Below, piece after piece: positions 1 to 9,051 of a stretch of 38,236 nucleotides of DNA. The notes below the pieces were generated by a model. The model saw nothing but the letters and a program-made list of their open reading frames with translations, was not told where the DNA came from and did no database searches. Position numbers and translations under genes: made by a program. Origin of the DNA: a virus. Each line of letters starts with the position of its first letter. Within the stretch, counting starts at the first letter, position 1. The DNA is taken from positions 1 through 38,236 of IMG/VR virus record IMGVR_UViG_3300029819_000014; one strand, given 5' to 3'.

Positions 1-99
1 AGGTGGCAGCAGTAAGGAGAAAAGATGAAACCACAACACGCAGCAATAAAAATGGTGATTATAGAATACATACAAAAACATGGCTATCCACCAACAGTA
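1..99. repeat. Terminal overlap, identical to 38138..38236
   Basis: AGGTGGCAGCAGTAAGGAGAAAAGATGAAACC... is read identically at both ends. The offset is 38,137 nt (ATG 25 = ATG 38162). Confidence 0.95.
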
Positions 100-252
100 C
101 GCGAGATAGCCAAGATGACAGGATATAAGTCAGCATCAAGTGTACAAGGACATTTGGTAAGGATGTTCGAGCTTGGTATTTTGGAGACGGACGAAAAACC
201 GGGCGCATCAAGAGCGATAAGGGTTCCGGGGTATAAATTCGAAATGAGGTGA
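25..252 (+). CDS. LexA N-terminal winged-HTH DNA-binding domain protein (no S24 peptidase domain)
   Basis: 75 aa. YIQKHGYPPTVREIAKMTGYKSASSVQGHLVRMFELGIL...SRAIRV matches the LexA DNA-binding-domain signature (GYPP-VREI, S-V-HL). The ORF stops right after the wing. Its ATG overlaps the upstream stop (ATGA, across the circular junction). Confidence 0.85.
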   Translation: MKPQHAAIKMVIIEYIQKHGYPPTVREIAKMTGYKSASSVQGHLVRMFELGILETDEKPGASRAIRVPGYKFEMR

Positions 253-434
253 TAGAGTGATAGCATTAATTCAATTTCTATTATTAATATTTTGGGTATT
301 AGACATAACAAATATGCCGTTCATGGAGATGTTTGACACAACATATCCGATGAATGAGGTGTTTTGGCTGTTGATTTGGATTTTCGTATTGGGGTTTGAA
401 GTTAAAACAAAAAAAGAATGATGGAGGATTGAGC

Positions 435-941
435 GTGAGAAGATTAACTATAAGCAAAATAACGGAAGAAACAGGAACATATGAACTTGCACATAATTGT
501 ACCTTTATACGAGATGGAGAAACATGGTATAGAGATTTTGACAATGAAATCAGATTAAGAGATATGATGCGAGAAACCATAAAGAACCATTCACAGTACG
601 ATGAACAGTACGATGACGACGAGATTCTCGATGAAATTCTCTTCGAAAATCTGATGCATCCGGCAGGGAATGATATTGACGGATTGATAGCTGTGTTCAA
701 TATGCTTGCATGGAGTCATTCGGACCTAAGAGAAAGATTAAAAGCGTATGAAGACACCGGATTAACTCCGGAGCAAGTGCAGGAGCTAGCAGAGAGGGAT
801 ACGGCGAAGAAACCGATTATCATCGGGGTGAATGAAGCCATTGGATGCAGAGTGGGGGAATGTCCAAAATGCGGAGGAATACTTAGAAGTTATATGAGGT
901 TTTGCGACGAGTGCGGACAGAGGTTAGATTGGAGGGAGTAG
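435..941 (+). CDS. Hypothetical protein with C-terminal zinc ribbon
   Basis: GGAGG lies 8 nt upstream of GTG 435; the track start 396 has no RBS. C-terminus CPKCGG...x11...CDECG. Confidence 0.6.
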   Translation: MRRLTISKITEETGTYELAHNCTFIRDGETWYRDFDNEIRLRDMMRETIKNHSQYDEQYDDDEILDEILFENLMHPAGNDIDGLIAVFNMLAWSHSDLRERLKAYEDTGLTPEQVQELAERDTAKKPIIIGVNEAIGCRVGECPKCGGILRSYMRFCDECGQRLDWRE

Positions 942-943
942 AT

Positions 944-1177
944 ATGAAAGAATACGAAGTGATTGGGCATGCGACAGTTGTTTGTAGCATGCACGTTAAA
1001 GCGAACGATAAAACGGAAGCAATTAAAAAAGCAAACGAGGAATTCGGAGCTTTGACAAATTACGCAGGAATGGGAGGAACTGCACATATGTTAGGCGTAT
1101 GCGATAGTAGCGATGATAGATGCGTATTTCCGGATTCTGATCCGGAATTTGACGAGTGTCAGGAGGTGGAGCGATGA
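944..1177 (+). CDS. Hypothetical protein
   Basis: ATG 944 is preceded by GGAGGGAG and is in frame with track ORF 902..1177. It abuts the upstream stop. Confidence 0.55.
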   Translation: MKEYEVIGHATVVCSMHVKANDKTEAIKKANEEFGALTNYAGMGGTAHMLGVCDSSDDRCVFPDSDPEFDECQEVER

Positions 1178-1443
1178 AGGTTAGGGAAGCTATTGCTTTA
1201 ATGAGAGAATATGGCGCAAAAACAAATCTTGAAGAAGTGGTAAAAATAGTCCAAGGGAATAAAATCCATAGATGTCCTAAATGTGGAGGGGCTGGAACAG
1301 TAACAAAAAAGAGAAATAAAGCACAATATTGGGAGTGCAGCGATGATTGGGAATACTATGAAACTACATGTGACCTATGTGATGGTGATGGTTACACGGA
1401 ACATGAATACAAGCCTAAAATGATTCAGGATGGATGGGAGTAA
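1174..1443 (+). CDS. Small DnaJ-type (CxxCxGxG) zinc-finger protein
   Basis: ATG 1174 after GGAGGTGGAG, with ATGA overlap to the upstream stop. Motifs CPKCGGAG and CDLCDGDG. Confidence 0.65.
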   Translation: MKVREAIALMREYGAKTNLEEVVKIVQGNKIHRCPKCGGAGTVTKKRNKAQYWECSDDWEYYETTCDLCDGDGYTEHEYKPKMIQDGWE

Positions 1444-1446
1444 AAA

Positions 1447-2238
1447 ATGAACGTACTAGAGAAGATTTTGGAAGAGATAAAAGAGAAATGTGTGGAATTG
1501 AGCAAAAATCATTGGGGAGACGATGAATGTCATTTAGTTGGAAAAGGCATTCAATCTATGTATACTCAAACAGAAAAAATTATCCGATCTTACATGGGCG
1601 AAACTCCATTCACAAATGTCGAGAGTAATATAGATGAAATAGCAAGTATTGATTCTGCAATTAAAATTTTAAAAAATATGCAGAATCCTAGAATAGATTA
1701 TGCAGACATGGTGGGAGCACCAGCGTTTTGTCATGGGAAAAGATACGTGTTTCCAGAACCGAAAGATTACGCTATTCAAACAGCTCTTGTCGCATTGAAT
1801 GAGAAGAAAGAATGTAATATACATGAAAATAATGTCGTAGAGAAGAATATGGATAACAAGTGTTCTGAATGCAGCCAAAGAAAATGGTATCAAAAAGGAT
1901 ATGAAGGTGGTAAAAATTGTAATGTCAGTTGGATTCCAGTAGAGGACGGATTGCCGGAAGAGCATAAGTCGATGTTTGCGAAATTAAAAGGAACACATAT
2001 GTGGAATAACGCTATGTTTGAAAAGGTGTCTGATGAAGTTAATGTGACAATCGAACTAGAGGACGGTACACGCAAAACTACAACATCGCATACATTGGAC
2101 GGAAAATGGAAAGTTGAAAAAGAATGTGTTGTAAATAAAAAAGTAATCGCTTGGCGACCTCTTCCTGAACCGTACAAGCCTAAGAAAGATACATCAGCAA
2201 CAGAACATGTTATGAGCAGATTTATGAAAGTTGAGTAG
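1447..2238 (+). CDS. Hypothetical protein, DUF551-like C-terminal region
   Basis: 263 aa. The WIPVEDGLPEE motif is typical of phage DUF551 domains. Tightly packed after the upstream gene. Confidence 0.65.
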   Translation: MNVLEKILEEIKEKCVELSKNHWGDDECHLVGKGIQSMYTQTEKIIRSYMGETPFTNVESNIDEIASIDSAIKILKNMQNPRIDYADMVGAPAFCHGKRYVFPEPKDYAIQTALVALNEKKECNIHENNVVEKNMDNKCSECSQRKWYQKGYEGGKNCNVSWIPVEDGLPEEHKSMFAKLKGTHMWNNAMFEKVSDEVNVTIELEDGTRKTTTSHTLDGKWKVEKECVVNKKVIAWRPLPEPYKPKKDTSATEHVMSRFMKVE

Positions 2239-2302
2239 GAAATTTTAGAAAGGAGACCGAATCCCCGGCCGGGAGAGACATGTCGGATTCCTTTAGAAAA
2301 AA

Positions 2303-3178
2303 ATGGATAAAGAGCAAAAATCGATAGAACGAATCAAGATGGCATCTGAAATGAGTTTGCATCATTACGGAAAGCCTCTTATCTGTACATATTCCGGTGG
2401 GAAAGATTCGGATGTAATACTTGAGTTATTTAAGAGATCCGGAATCCCGTTTGAGGTACATAACAGCCATACTACGGCAGATGCGCCACAGACAGTATAC
2501 CATATCAGAGAAGTATTAAAAAAATTGGAATTACAAGGAATTAAATGCGAAATCGAAATGCCGACATACAAAGGAAAACCAACAAGTATGTGGAGATTAA
2601 TCCCACAAAAACTTATGCCACCTACAAGAATGGTGAGATACTGCTGCTCTGTCTTGAAAGAGACGGGGTGCGCAAATAGATATATAGCAACGGGAGTAAG
2701 GTGGGATGAATCGACTCAAAGGGCGACAAGAACAGAATTTGAGAAAATTGGGCGTACAAAATCTGATAAAGAACTTTTTTCATCGTTGATGCTAATGAAT
2801 GATAATGACAAGCGGAGAAGAATGACGGAATTATGTATGCAAAAAAATAAGATGGTAGTAAATCCTATAATCGATTGGACGCATTCAGACATTTGGCAAT
2901 ACATCGAATCGGAATATATAGAAGTATGCGATTTGTACAAACGTGGATATGATCGTGTGGGATGCATAGGATGTCCGATGGCAGGTAAGAAGCGTTACAA
3001 AGAATTTACGGATTTTCCGGAATACAAGAAACTGTATATCCACGCATTTGACAGAATGTTAGAAGAACGTAAAAGACGAGGGAAAGAATGTAAATGGAAG
3101 ACTGGAGAGGAAGTGTTCCTTTGGTGGATGGAAGATGAAAACATTCCGGGACAAATGAGCATAGAGGACTTTTTATAG
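2303..3178 (+). CDS. Phosphoadenosine phosphosulfate (PAPS) reductase family / PP-loop ATPase protein
   Basis: 291 aa. SGGKDS PP-loop motif near the N-terminus; Cys-rich C-terminal part (CIGCP). Confidence 0.85.
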   Translation: MDKEQKSIERIKMASEMSLHHYGKPLICTYSGGKDSDVILELFKRSGIPFEVHNSHTTADAPQTVYHIREVLKKLELQGIKCEIEMPTYKGKPTSMWRLIPQKLMPPTRMVRYCCSVLKETGCANRYIATGVRWDESTQRATRTEFEKIGRTKSDKELFSSLMLMNDNDKRRRMTELCMQKNKMVVNPIIDWTHSDIWQYIESEYIEVCDLYKRGYDRVGCIGCPMAGKKRYKEFTDFPEYKKLYIHAFDRMLEERKRRGKECKWKTGEEVFLWWMEDENIPGQMSIEDFL

Positions 3179-3306
3179 AGGACAGCGGAGCACGGTCTTA
3201 AGTGCCGTTGCCCCGACCTCATAAATAATTTCTCCTCTACTATATATACACATAAGTCGAGGAAATCTAACGCGATTTTTAGAAAAAATTTAAAGAAGGT
3301 GATAAT

Positions 3307-3447
3307 TTGTACTTTTTACAAACATTAGATTTTGTAGCAAGTGCTCTTACTGTCATAAGTGGATTTGTGGCAGCAGGCTACATAATTGCAAAAGGAGCAA
3401 GGATAATTTACAAGGAGATCAGATATGAAGAGAAAACACACCAGTGA
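3307..3447 (+). CDS. Putative 46-aa single-pass membrane peptide
   Basis: TTG start after GAAGGTGA. Hydrophobic stretch FVASALTVISGFVAAGYIIA. Below the track length cut-off and overlaps the next ORF by 23 nt. Confidence 0.3.
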   Translation: MYFLQTLDFVASALTVISGFVAAGYIIAKGARIIYKEIRYEEKTHQ

Positions 3448-3646
3448 CGAACGAAAGATTGAACGGAGCAGCCATCATGCCGAGATGGAGACGAGTAAGC
3501 CTCCTGATGATGCAAGTGCTGCATTTCATCGTCAGGCATATCAAAGCATCGAGGTAATGGACTACATCAGGAAAATACATAAGGGAGGTGGTGCCGGTGG
3601 ACAAGCAAAAACTGAAAAAGTACATACCGAACAAAGCGAGACTTGA
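3425..3646 (+). CDS. Hypothetical hydrophilic protein
   Basis: AAGGAG lies 7 nt upstream of ATG 3425. No recognisable motif. The 3' end overlaps the next gene. Confidence 0.35.
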   Translation: MKRKHTSDERKIERSSHHAEMETSKPPDDASAAFHRQAYQSIEVMDYIRKIHKGGGAGGQAKTEKVHTEQSET

Positions 3647-4028
3647 GCGTATAGAAGAGAGGATATCAGAACTCTGTGAGACTGAGCCGGCAGGAGAAGT
3701 GATGGGAAAGGTTCGTGGGTCAAGTAAAGATTTTCCCTATACGGAAGTTAGGACATCTGTGATGATACCTGATCCGGATGAACAGGAGCGAATAAACAAG
3801 CAGATCAGGAAAAAAGAAGCAGAACGCCTGCATGTGTTGGCAGAGATTCAAGAGGTGGAAGAGTTTCTTGACGGGATAGAGGATGCGGAAATAAAAGAGA
3901 TTTTTGAATTGCTGTATGTAGAAGGGAAAAAGCAGAGAGAGGTTGCAAAACAGTTCAATATAGACCGAAGTTATGTATCAAAAAAAATCAATGGATATTT
4001 GAAACTTTCACACTTTTCACAAAAATAG
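3597..4028 (+). CDS. Sigma-70 region-4-like HTH protein, probable late-gene transcriptional regulator
   Basis: AAGGGAGG lies 8 nt upstream of GTG 3597 (track start GTG 3588 is in frame). C-terminal HTH EIFELLYVEGKKQREVAKQFNIDRSYVSKKI. Position immediately upstream of the terminase genes. Confidence 0.7.
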   Translation: MDKQKLKKYIPNKARLERIEERISELCETEPAGEVMGKVRGSSKDFPYTEVRTSVMIPDPDEQERINKQIRKKEAERLHVLAEIQEVEEFLDGIEDAEIKEIFELLYVEGKKQREVAKQFNIDRSYVSKKINGYLKLSHFSQK

Positions 4029-4103
4029 TATGCTATAATTATTTTAGAGAAGTTGGAATTAACTTTTCGACTTTCCCCTCGTAACTTTGGTAGAATCAAA
4101 AAG

Positions 4104-4132
4104 ACGTCATGGCAATAGCTGTGGCGTTTTTT
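4104..4132 (+). terminator. Rho-independent terminator
   Basis: ACGTCAT / GTGGCGT 7-bp stem (two G-U pairs), 10-nt loop, followed by TTTTTT. Confidence 0.5.
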
Positions 4133-4147
4133 CGTGGGAATAAATAT

Positions 4148-4221
4148 GGATACATAGCTCAGCTGGTTAGAGTAGCCGCCTCATAAGCGGAAGGTCGCAG
4201 GTTCAAGTCCTGCTGTATCCA
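4148..4221 (+). tRNA. tRNA with CAU anticodon (Met, or Ile2 if lysidine-modified)
   Basis: Hand-folded cloverleaf. Perfect 7-bp acceptor stem GGATACA/TGTATCC; D arm GCTC-AGCTGGTTA-GAGT; anticodon loop CTCATAA; T arm GCAGG-TTCAAGT-CCTGC. Confidence 0.9.
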
Positions 4222-4240
4222 GATAGAGAAAAATGACAGA

Positions 4241-4720
4241 TTGGAAGGTGGTGAAGTGGCAGGTTATGAAAACATAAAAGATGCAAATAACAATCGAACT
4301 CCGAGCGAACGCCGAGAATTAGCAAGAATTGCCGGCATCGAGTCGGGGAAAGCGAGAAGAAGAAAGGCTGCCATGCGAGATACAATGAATAGGTGTTTGA
4401 CTATGCAGGCGCACGTTGATGGACTATCCGATGTGTTAATTGCAGACGGAGGAGAAAGTACCTACGAGGAAATCATTACGATGGCAATCATCAATCAGGC
4501 AGCGATGGGAGATGTAAAAGCCTATAATGCGATTATGAAAGTCGTGGGACAGACGGATAAATCAGACATGGATTTAGAAAATCAGAAAGCCGACACTGAG
4601 TTGAAACAGGCACGAAAACAGGCAGTTACCGGAGAAAGTGAAACAGATGAAGCAATTGATAGATTAGACAGTATCTTGGAGGAATTGAGGAACAATGCAG
4701 TTAAGCAAGAAACAGAATGA
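4241..4720 (+). CDS. terS: Terminase small subunit (putative)
   Basis: 159 aa directly upstream of, and overlapping, terL. Basic N-terminal region RRELARIAGIESGKARRRK is typical of small terminases. The start codon is uncertain (TTG 4241 or GTG 4256). Confidence 0.7.
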   Translation: MEGGEVAGYENIKDANNNRTPSERRELARIAGIESGKARRRKAAMRDTMNRCLTMQAHVDGLSDVLIADGGESTYEEIITMAIINQAAMGDVKAYNAIMKVVGQTDKSDMDLENQKADTELKQARKQAVTGESETDEAIDRLDSILEELRNNAVKQETE

Positions 4721-6023
4721 GTATATTGTAAACGCGACACACCGTTGGAATTTTAAGTCCGGTGCGGTACGTTCCGGAAAGTCTTATGTAGATACTGCAT
4801 TCGTTATACCGTTTCGAATCCGGGAGAGAGCTGGCAAGCCGGGACTAAACGTCATCCTTGGAGTGTCAAAAAGCTCCATCGAGCGAAATGTGTTAGCTCC
4901 AATGCGAGAAATCTACACAGATAAGCTCATTGGAACAATTAACAGTCAAAACATAGCAATGGTTTGCGGAGAGCCTGTATATTGCCTTGGCGCAGAAAAG
5001 GTAAGCCAAGTGGCAAAGATTCAAGGTGCGTCAATTAAATACTGCTACGGAGATGAGGTGGCAAAGTGGAACAAGGAGGTATTCCAAATGCTTAAATCTC
5101 GTCTTGATAAGCCGTATAGCTGCTTCGATGGAAGTTGCAATCCTGAGCATCCAACACATTGGCTAAAAGAGTTCTTAGACAACGATGAACTGGATATCTA
5201 CTTGCAGAGATACACAATATTCGACAATCCGTTTCTCCCGAAAGAATTTGTTGAGCAACTCTGCAAAGAGTATGAGGGTACGATTTACTACGACCGTTTA
5301 ATTGTTGGTCTATGGAAGAGGGCAGATGGAGCAATTTATAAGAAATTTGCAGACAATCCGGATGCGTTCCGATGTGAAGTGGTGGACGAGCTGAAAGATG
5401 ATCCGGAAGTAAAGCAGTTCCGGAAAGAGGATATCACATCTATTGAAATAGGGTTAGACTTTGGTGGAAACCAGTCCGGGCACTCCTTTGTTGCAAGAGG
5501 ATATACAGATGATTATAGAGATGTGATTGCGTTAAAGTCTCGCAGAATCATGGCAAAGGATGAAAATGAGGATATTGACAGTAATATGCTGGACAAGTTG
5601 TTTTGTGAGTTTGTACAGGAAGTGATTGATCAATATTCGGTTATCGACAAACATGGAGATTATGTGAGATATTGCAACGTAGAAGGAGTTTACTACGATA
5701 ATGCAGAGACTGTACTTGGCAATTCTATTCGCAATGCAGTAGAGAAAAAGTTTCCGTGGATATCGGTTCGCAAGGCAAGAAAAGCAGCAATAAATGACAG
5801 AATCAGATGTACCGTCAGGCTTATGGGAGCAGGGCGGTTTTTTATTACGAGTGATTGTGAAAGTTTAGAAACAGCCTTTGAAGATGCAGTATGGGATAAA
5901 GAAGTAAAGGACAAAGACGAACGCTTGGATGATGGCAGTACAGATATCGACAGTTTGGATGCATTTGAATACACGATAGAACGAGATATGAAATATCTGA
6001 TACAAGAGGTGGAAGATGATTGA
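4695..6023 (+). CDS. terL: Terminase large subunit, PBSX/Terminase_3-like
   Basis: 442 aa. Walker A GAVRSGKS near the N-terminus. N-terminal LSKKQNEYI...RWNF pattern of PBSX-family terminases. C-terminal nuclease-region acidic residues. Confidence 0.95.
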   Translation: MQLSKKQNEYIVNATHRWNFKSGAVRSGKSYVDTAFVIPFRIRERAGKPGLNVILGVSKSSIERNVLAPMREIYTDKLIGTINSQNIAMVCGEPVYCLGAEKVSQVAKIQGASIKYCYGDEVAKWNKEVFQMLKSRLDKPYSCFDGSCNPEHPTHWLKEFLDNDELDIYLQRYTIFDNPFLPKEFVEQLCKEYEGTIYYDRLIVGLWKRADGAIYKKFADNPDAFRCEVVDELKDDPEVKQFRKEDITSIEIGLDFGGNQSGHSFVARGYTDDYRDVIALKSRRIMAKDENEDIDSNMLDKLFCEFVQEVIDQYSVIDKHGDYVRYCNVEGVYYDNAETVLGNSIRNAVEKKFPWISVRKARKAAINDRIRCTVRLMGAGRFFITSDCESLETAFEDAVWDKEVKDKDERLDDGSTDIDSLDAFEYTIERDMKYLIQEVEDD

Positions 6024-7371
6024 AAAAATATGGAATTGGATTAAGGGGGTGACACAGATGTTCACGATGACTACAGTACAGAGATTGGTCGGCGGAGAGG
6101 TCGCCTTAACAGAGAAGATGTCAGTTAAAATAAATGAATGGAATGCAATGGTTGCTGGGAATGCACCTTGGTGTGAAAACAGTGATTATATCACATCGCT
6201 CCGTATTGAACAGGGGATTTGCAGAGAATTTGCAGATGTTGTTTTGAACGAAATGGAAGTGTCGGTCAACGATGAAAAAATGAATGAGATTCTGCAGAAT
6301 GCGATTGAAGATTTGAACGAGAATCTTCAAGATGGACTTGCGCTTGGCTCTTTTATCATTAAACCGATAGGGACTGATAAAGTCGAGTATGTTACCGCGG
6401 ATAAGTTTATACCGATTCACTTTGATGATACTGGAAAGCCTGATGATTGCATGTTTATTCAAGTGAAAAGACGTGGCGTATCGAATTATTACATCAGAAC
6501 AGAAAGGCATGATATCAGAGGCGGAAATCTCCGGATTCGCAATAAAGCCTATAAGAGTACATCACCAAGTACGGTTGGCATGGAAATCCCACTTGCATAT
6601 GTGAAAGAATGGGAGAATTACCCGGAAGATGTTACGTACAACGGTATGAAAGAGATGGATTTTGGCTATTTCAGAGTGCCATTAAAAAATAAAATTGACG
6701 ATTCTCCTTGCGGGGTATCTATTTTTGAATCTGCTGTTGAACGTATTAAAAAGGCAGACGTACAAGGGGCAAGACTTGACTGGGAATTTGAATCGGGAGA
6801 GCGTGCGATACATGTAGATGATCGTGCATTAAATAACGCAAATGGAAAGGGTAAAGGTTTTCTTGCAAAGCTGAATAAACGATTATATCGCGGTTTTAAA
6901 CTTGATGCAGGAAAAGACGCTGAACTTTTCAAAGAATTTTCTCCGGAGTTAAGAGAAGAAGGATTCATTAACGGTTTGGAAAAGTATTACAGGCAGATTG
7001 AGTTCTCTGTTGGTTTGGCTTACGGAGATCTGTCTGACGTGCAATATGTCGATAAAACGGCAACAGAAATCAAGACATCAAAGTCAAGGAAGTATAATCG
7101 CGTAACTGCAATACAAGATAAGTTAAAGACGTGTCTGGAAGACTTAGTAGCAGGCTTTGCGTTTTACAATGGATTATACACTTCTAAATATGAATTTAAC
7201 TGTAAGTTCAATGATTCTATTCTGACAGATGAAGAGGCTGAAAGAAAACAAGATATGGCGGATGTAGCAGCGGGATTCATGCATCATTGGGAATACCGTA
7301 TGAAATGGTATGGTGAGGATGAAGAGACAGCAAAGTCGAATGTTCCGGCGCAGAATAATGTCATGGAGTAG
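6016..7371 (+). CDS. Portal protein, SPP1 gp6-like
   Basis: 451 aa immediately after terL and overlapping its stop. Size and position fit a portal. Alternative start at ATG 6058. Confidence 0.85.
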   Translation: MIEKIWNWIKGVTQMFTMTTVQRLVGGEVALTEKMSVKINEWNAMVAGNAPWCENSDYITSLRIEQGICREFADVVLNEMEVSVNDEKMNEILQNAIEDLNENLQDGLALGSFIIKPIGTDKVEYVTADKFIPIHFDDTGKPDDCMFIQVKRRGVSNYYIRTERHDIRGGNLRIRNKAYKSTSPSTVGMEIPLAYVKEWENYPEDVTYNGMKEMDFGYFRVPLKNKIDDSPCGVSIFESAVERIKKADVQGARLDWEFESGERAIHVDDRALNNANGKGKGFLAKLNKRLYRGFKLDAGKDAELFKEFSPELREEGFINGLEKYYRQIEFSVGLAYGDLSDVQYVDKTATEIKTSKSRKYNRVTAIQDKLKTCLEDLVAGFAFYNGLYTSKYEFNCKFNDSILTDEEAERKQDMADVAAGFMHHWEYRMKWYGEDEETAKSNVPAQNNVME

Positions 7372-7380
7372 GTGATCTGA

Positions 7381-9051
7381 TTGAGGGAAGATTACAAGAA
7401 ACAATTATCTAGTCAGATTGAGAAACACTTCTCTGATTTGGAAATGCGGATCATGGAAGATATTGTTCGACGAATCAGACAAACTGGGGAAATTACAAGC
7501 ACAGCAGACTGGCAGATAAACCGGTTACGAGTTTTAGGGTATTCCTCAGAAGATATCGAGAAAATGCTAAAAGAGACTCTAAATAAATCCTATCCGGAGA
7601 TGTTTGAACTGTATGATAAAGTCATTGACTGGGAATATGTTCGAAATAAAGACGTATACGAACAGATCAATGCAGAGTTTACCCCTTTTGAGGATAACGA
7701 GGAGTTGCAGCAGATTACAGAAGCTCTGATTCGTCAGAGTGAAGATGAGTTGCAGAATATTACAAAGTCTCTTGGTTTCTATCTTGATTATGGAACCGGG
7801 AAAAAGGTTCTTACACCACTTGCACAGGTTTATCAAAAGTATCTTGATGCTGCCTGTATGGATATTGTGTCTGGGGCGTTTGATTATAACAGTGTCTTAC
7901 GAAGAGTTGTAACGCAGCTGACTAACAGCGGACTGAGACAGATAGAGTATGCATCTGGCAGAGCAAACCGAGTTGATGTGGCAGCACGTAGAGCGGTTAT
8001 GACAGGGGTATCACAATTGTCTGGAAAAATATCCGAAATGAACGCTAAAAAACTTGGAACAGAGCATTTTGAGGTGGAATGGCATGCTGGAGCCCGTCCA
8101 ACTCATGCGGTGTGGCAAGGAAGAGTTTGGAGCAAAGAAGAGCTTAGAACTGTATGTGGACTGGGAAGTGTTACCGGATTACTTGGAGCAAACTGTTATC
8201 ACACTTATTATCCTTTTATTCTTGGGATATCTGCAAGAAACTGGACTGACGAGTGGTTGGAAGAGCAGAATCGCAAGGAGAATACTCCAAAGACATTTAA
8301 CGACAAAGAATACACCTTGTATGAAGCAAAACAGCGTCAGAGACAGATGGAAACATGTATGAGAGCACAGCGAGAAAAAGTGCAGCTATTAAAGCGTGGC
8401 GGTGCTGATCAGGATGATATCATGATTGCGAAAGCAAAATATCAAGGACAGCTCAATGAATATTCAAGATTCTGCCGAAAGATGGGTCTGACAGAAGAAC
8501 GTGAGCGTATATATTATGATATGCGTGGAAGAATAGCAACGAATACGAAGATGCAAAATGCACGGTACATTTCTGATATGATTCGGAATGCTGACAGAGA
8601 TTCAAAACAGTATTATCGGTACAAAAATATCATCGGAGACGATGCGGGAAGTCTTGCAGATTTCCGTCAGATGAAGTACAATAATCCTAAGAAATTTGAA
8701 ATTTTGAGCAAGAAAGTTGATACTTACTCGGAAATCAATAAAAAGGACTGGACGGCAGAGTTTAAGCAGAAATCAAAAGAAGCATACGACAGATTTAGCG
8801 AGGAAGATATTTATTTGTCGGTTCACGCTTTGAGTCGACTTCCAAGGTTAAATAAGCCGGGTCTTCCGGTTGTTACAGAGGAAGAACTGGTGAAGTTTAT
8901 TAAAGGGAAGCCGAAATATACAGAAGGTGAGAGCAAGTTGATATATTTCGATGCAGAGAGACAATTGGTAGTAATAAAGAACAAAAATACTCAAGATATA
9001 GTATCGGTCGTGCGAAGTAAAAACTTGAAAGGGGAATGGAAAAATGTTTGA
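7381..9051 (+). CDS. Head morphogenesis protein (SPP1 gp7 / Mu F family) with C-terminal toxin-like extension
   Basis: 556 aa. HAGARPTHAVWQGRVW is the MuF/gp7 signature. A roughly 270-aa extension follows, ending in an approximately 83-aa module (HALSRLPRLN...VVIKNKNTQDIVSVV). Confidence 0.9.
   Translation: MREDYKKQLSSQIEKHFSDLEMRIMEDIVRRIRQTGEITSTADWQINRLRVLGYSSEDIEKMLKETLNKSYPEMFELYDKVIDWEYVRNKDVYEQINAEFTPFEDNEELQQITEALIRQSEDELQNITKSLGFYLDYGTGKKVLTPLAQVYQKYLDAACMDIVSGAFDYNSVLRRVVTQLTNSGLRQIEYASGRANRVDVAARRAVMTGVSQLSGKISEMNAKKLGTEHFEVEWHAGARPTHAVWQGRVWSKEELRTVCGLGSVTGLLGANCYHTYYPFILGISARNWTDEWLEEQNRKENTPKTFNDKEYTLYEAKQRQRQMETCMRAQREKVQLLKRGGADQDDIMIAKAKYQGQLNEYSRFCRKMGLTEERERIYYDMRGRIATNTKMQNARYISDMIRNADRDSKQYYRYKNIIGDDAGSLADFRQMKYNNPKKFEILSKKVDTYSEINKKDWTAEFKQKSKEAYDRFSEEDIYLSVHALSRLPRLNKPGLPVVTEEELVKFIKGKPKYTEGESKLIYFDAERQLVVIKNKNTQDIVSVVRSKNLKGEWKNV

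Noticed and set aside
1-99. Terminal repeat as attL/attR or LTR of an integrated element
   Set aside because: The repeat is exact, cuts through a coding sequence, and there is no flanking host DNA. This fits an assembly overlap of a circular or permuted genome.
314-421. 35-aa hydrophobic ORF in the 253-434 intergenic region
   Set aside because: There is no Shine-Dalgarno sequence upstream of ATG 314, and the ORF is too short to support without homology.
3179-3222. Imperfect long hairpin after the PAPS-reductase gene as a terminator
   Set aside because: The stem is interrupted by bulges and is not followed by a T-tract.
4034-4096. Two extended -10-like hexamers (TGCTATAAT at 4031, TGGTAGAAT at 4088) as late promoters
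   Set aside because: Neither has an acceptable -35 at 16-18 bp. The second would start transcription directly at the terminator hairpin.
8054-8362. 102-aa alternative-frame ORF within the MuF gene
   Set aside because: It is embedded in a strongly supported gene and has no RBS or recognisable motif.
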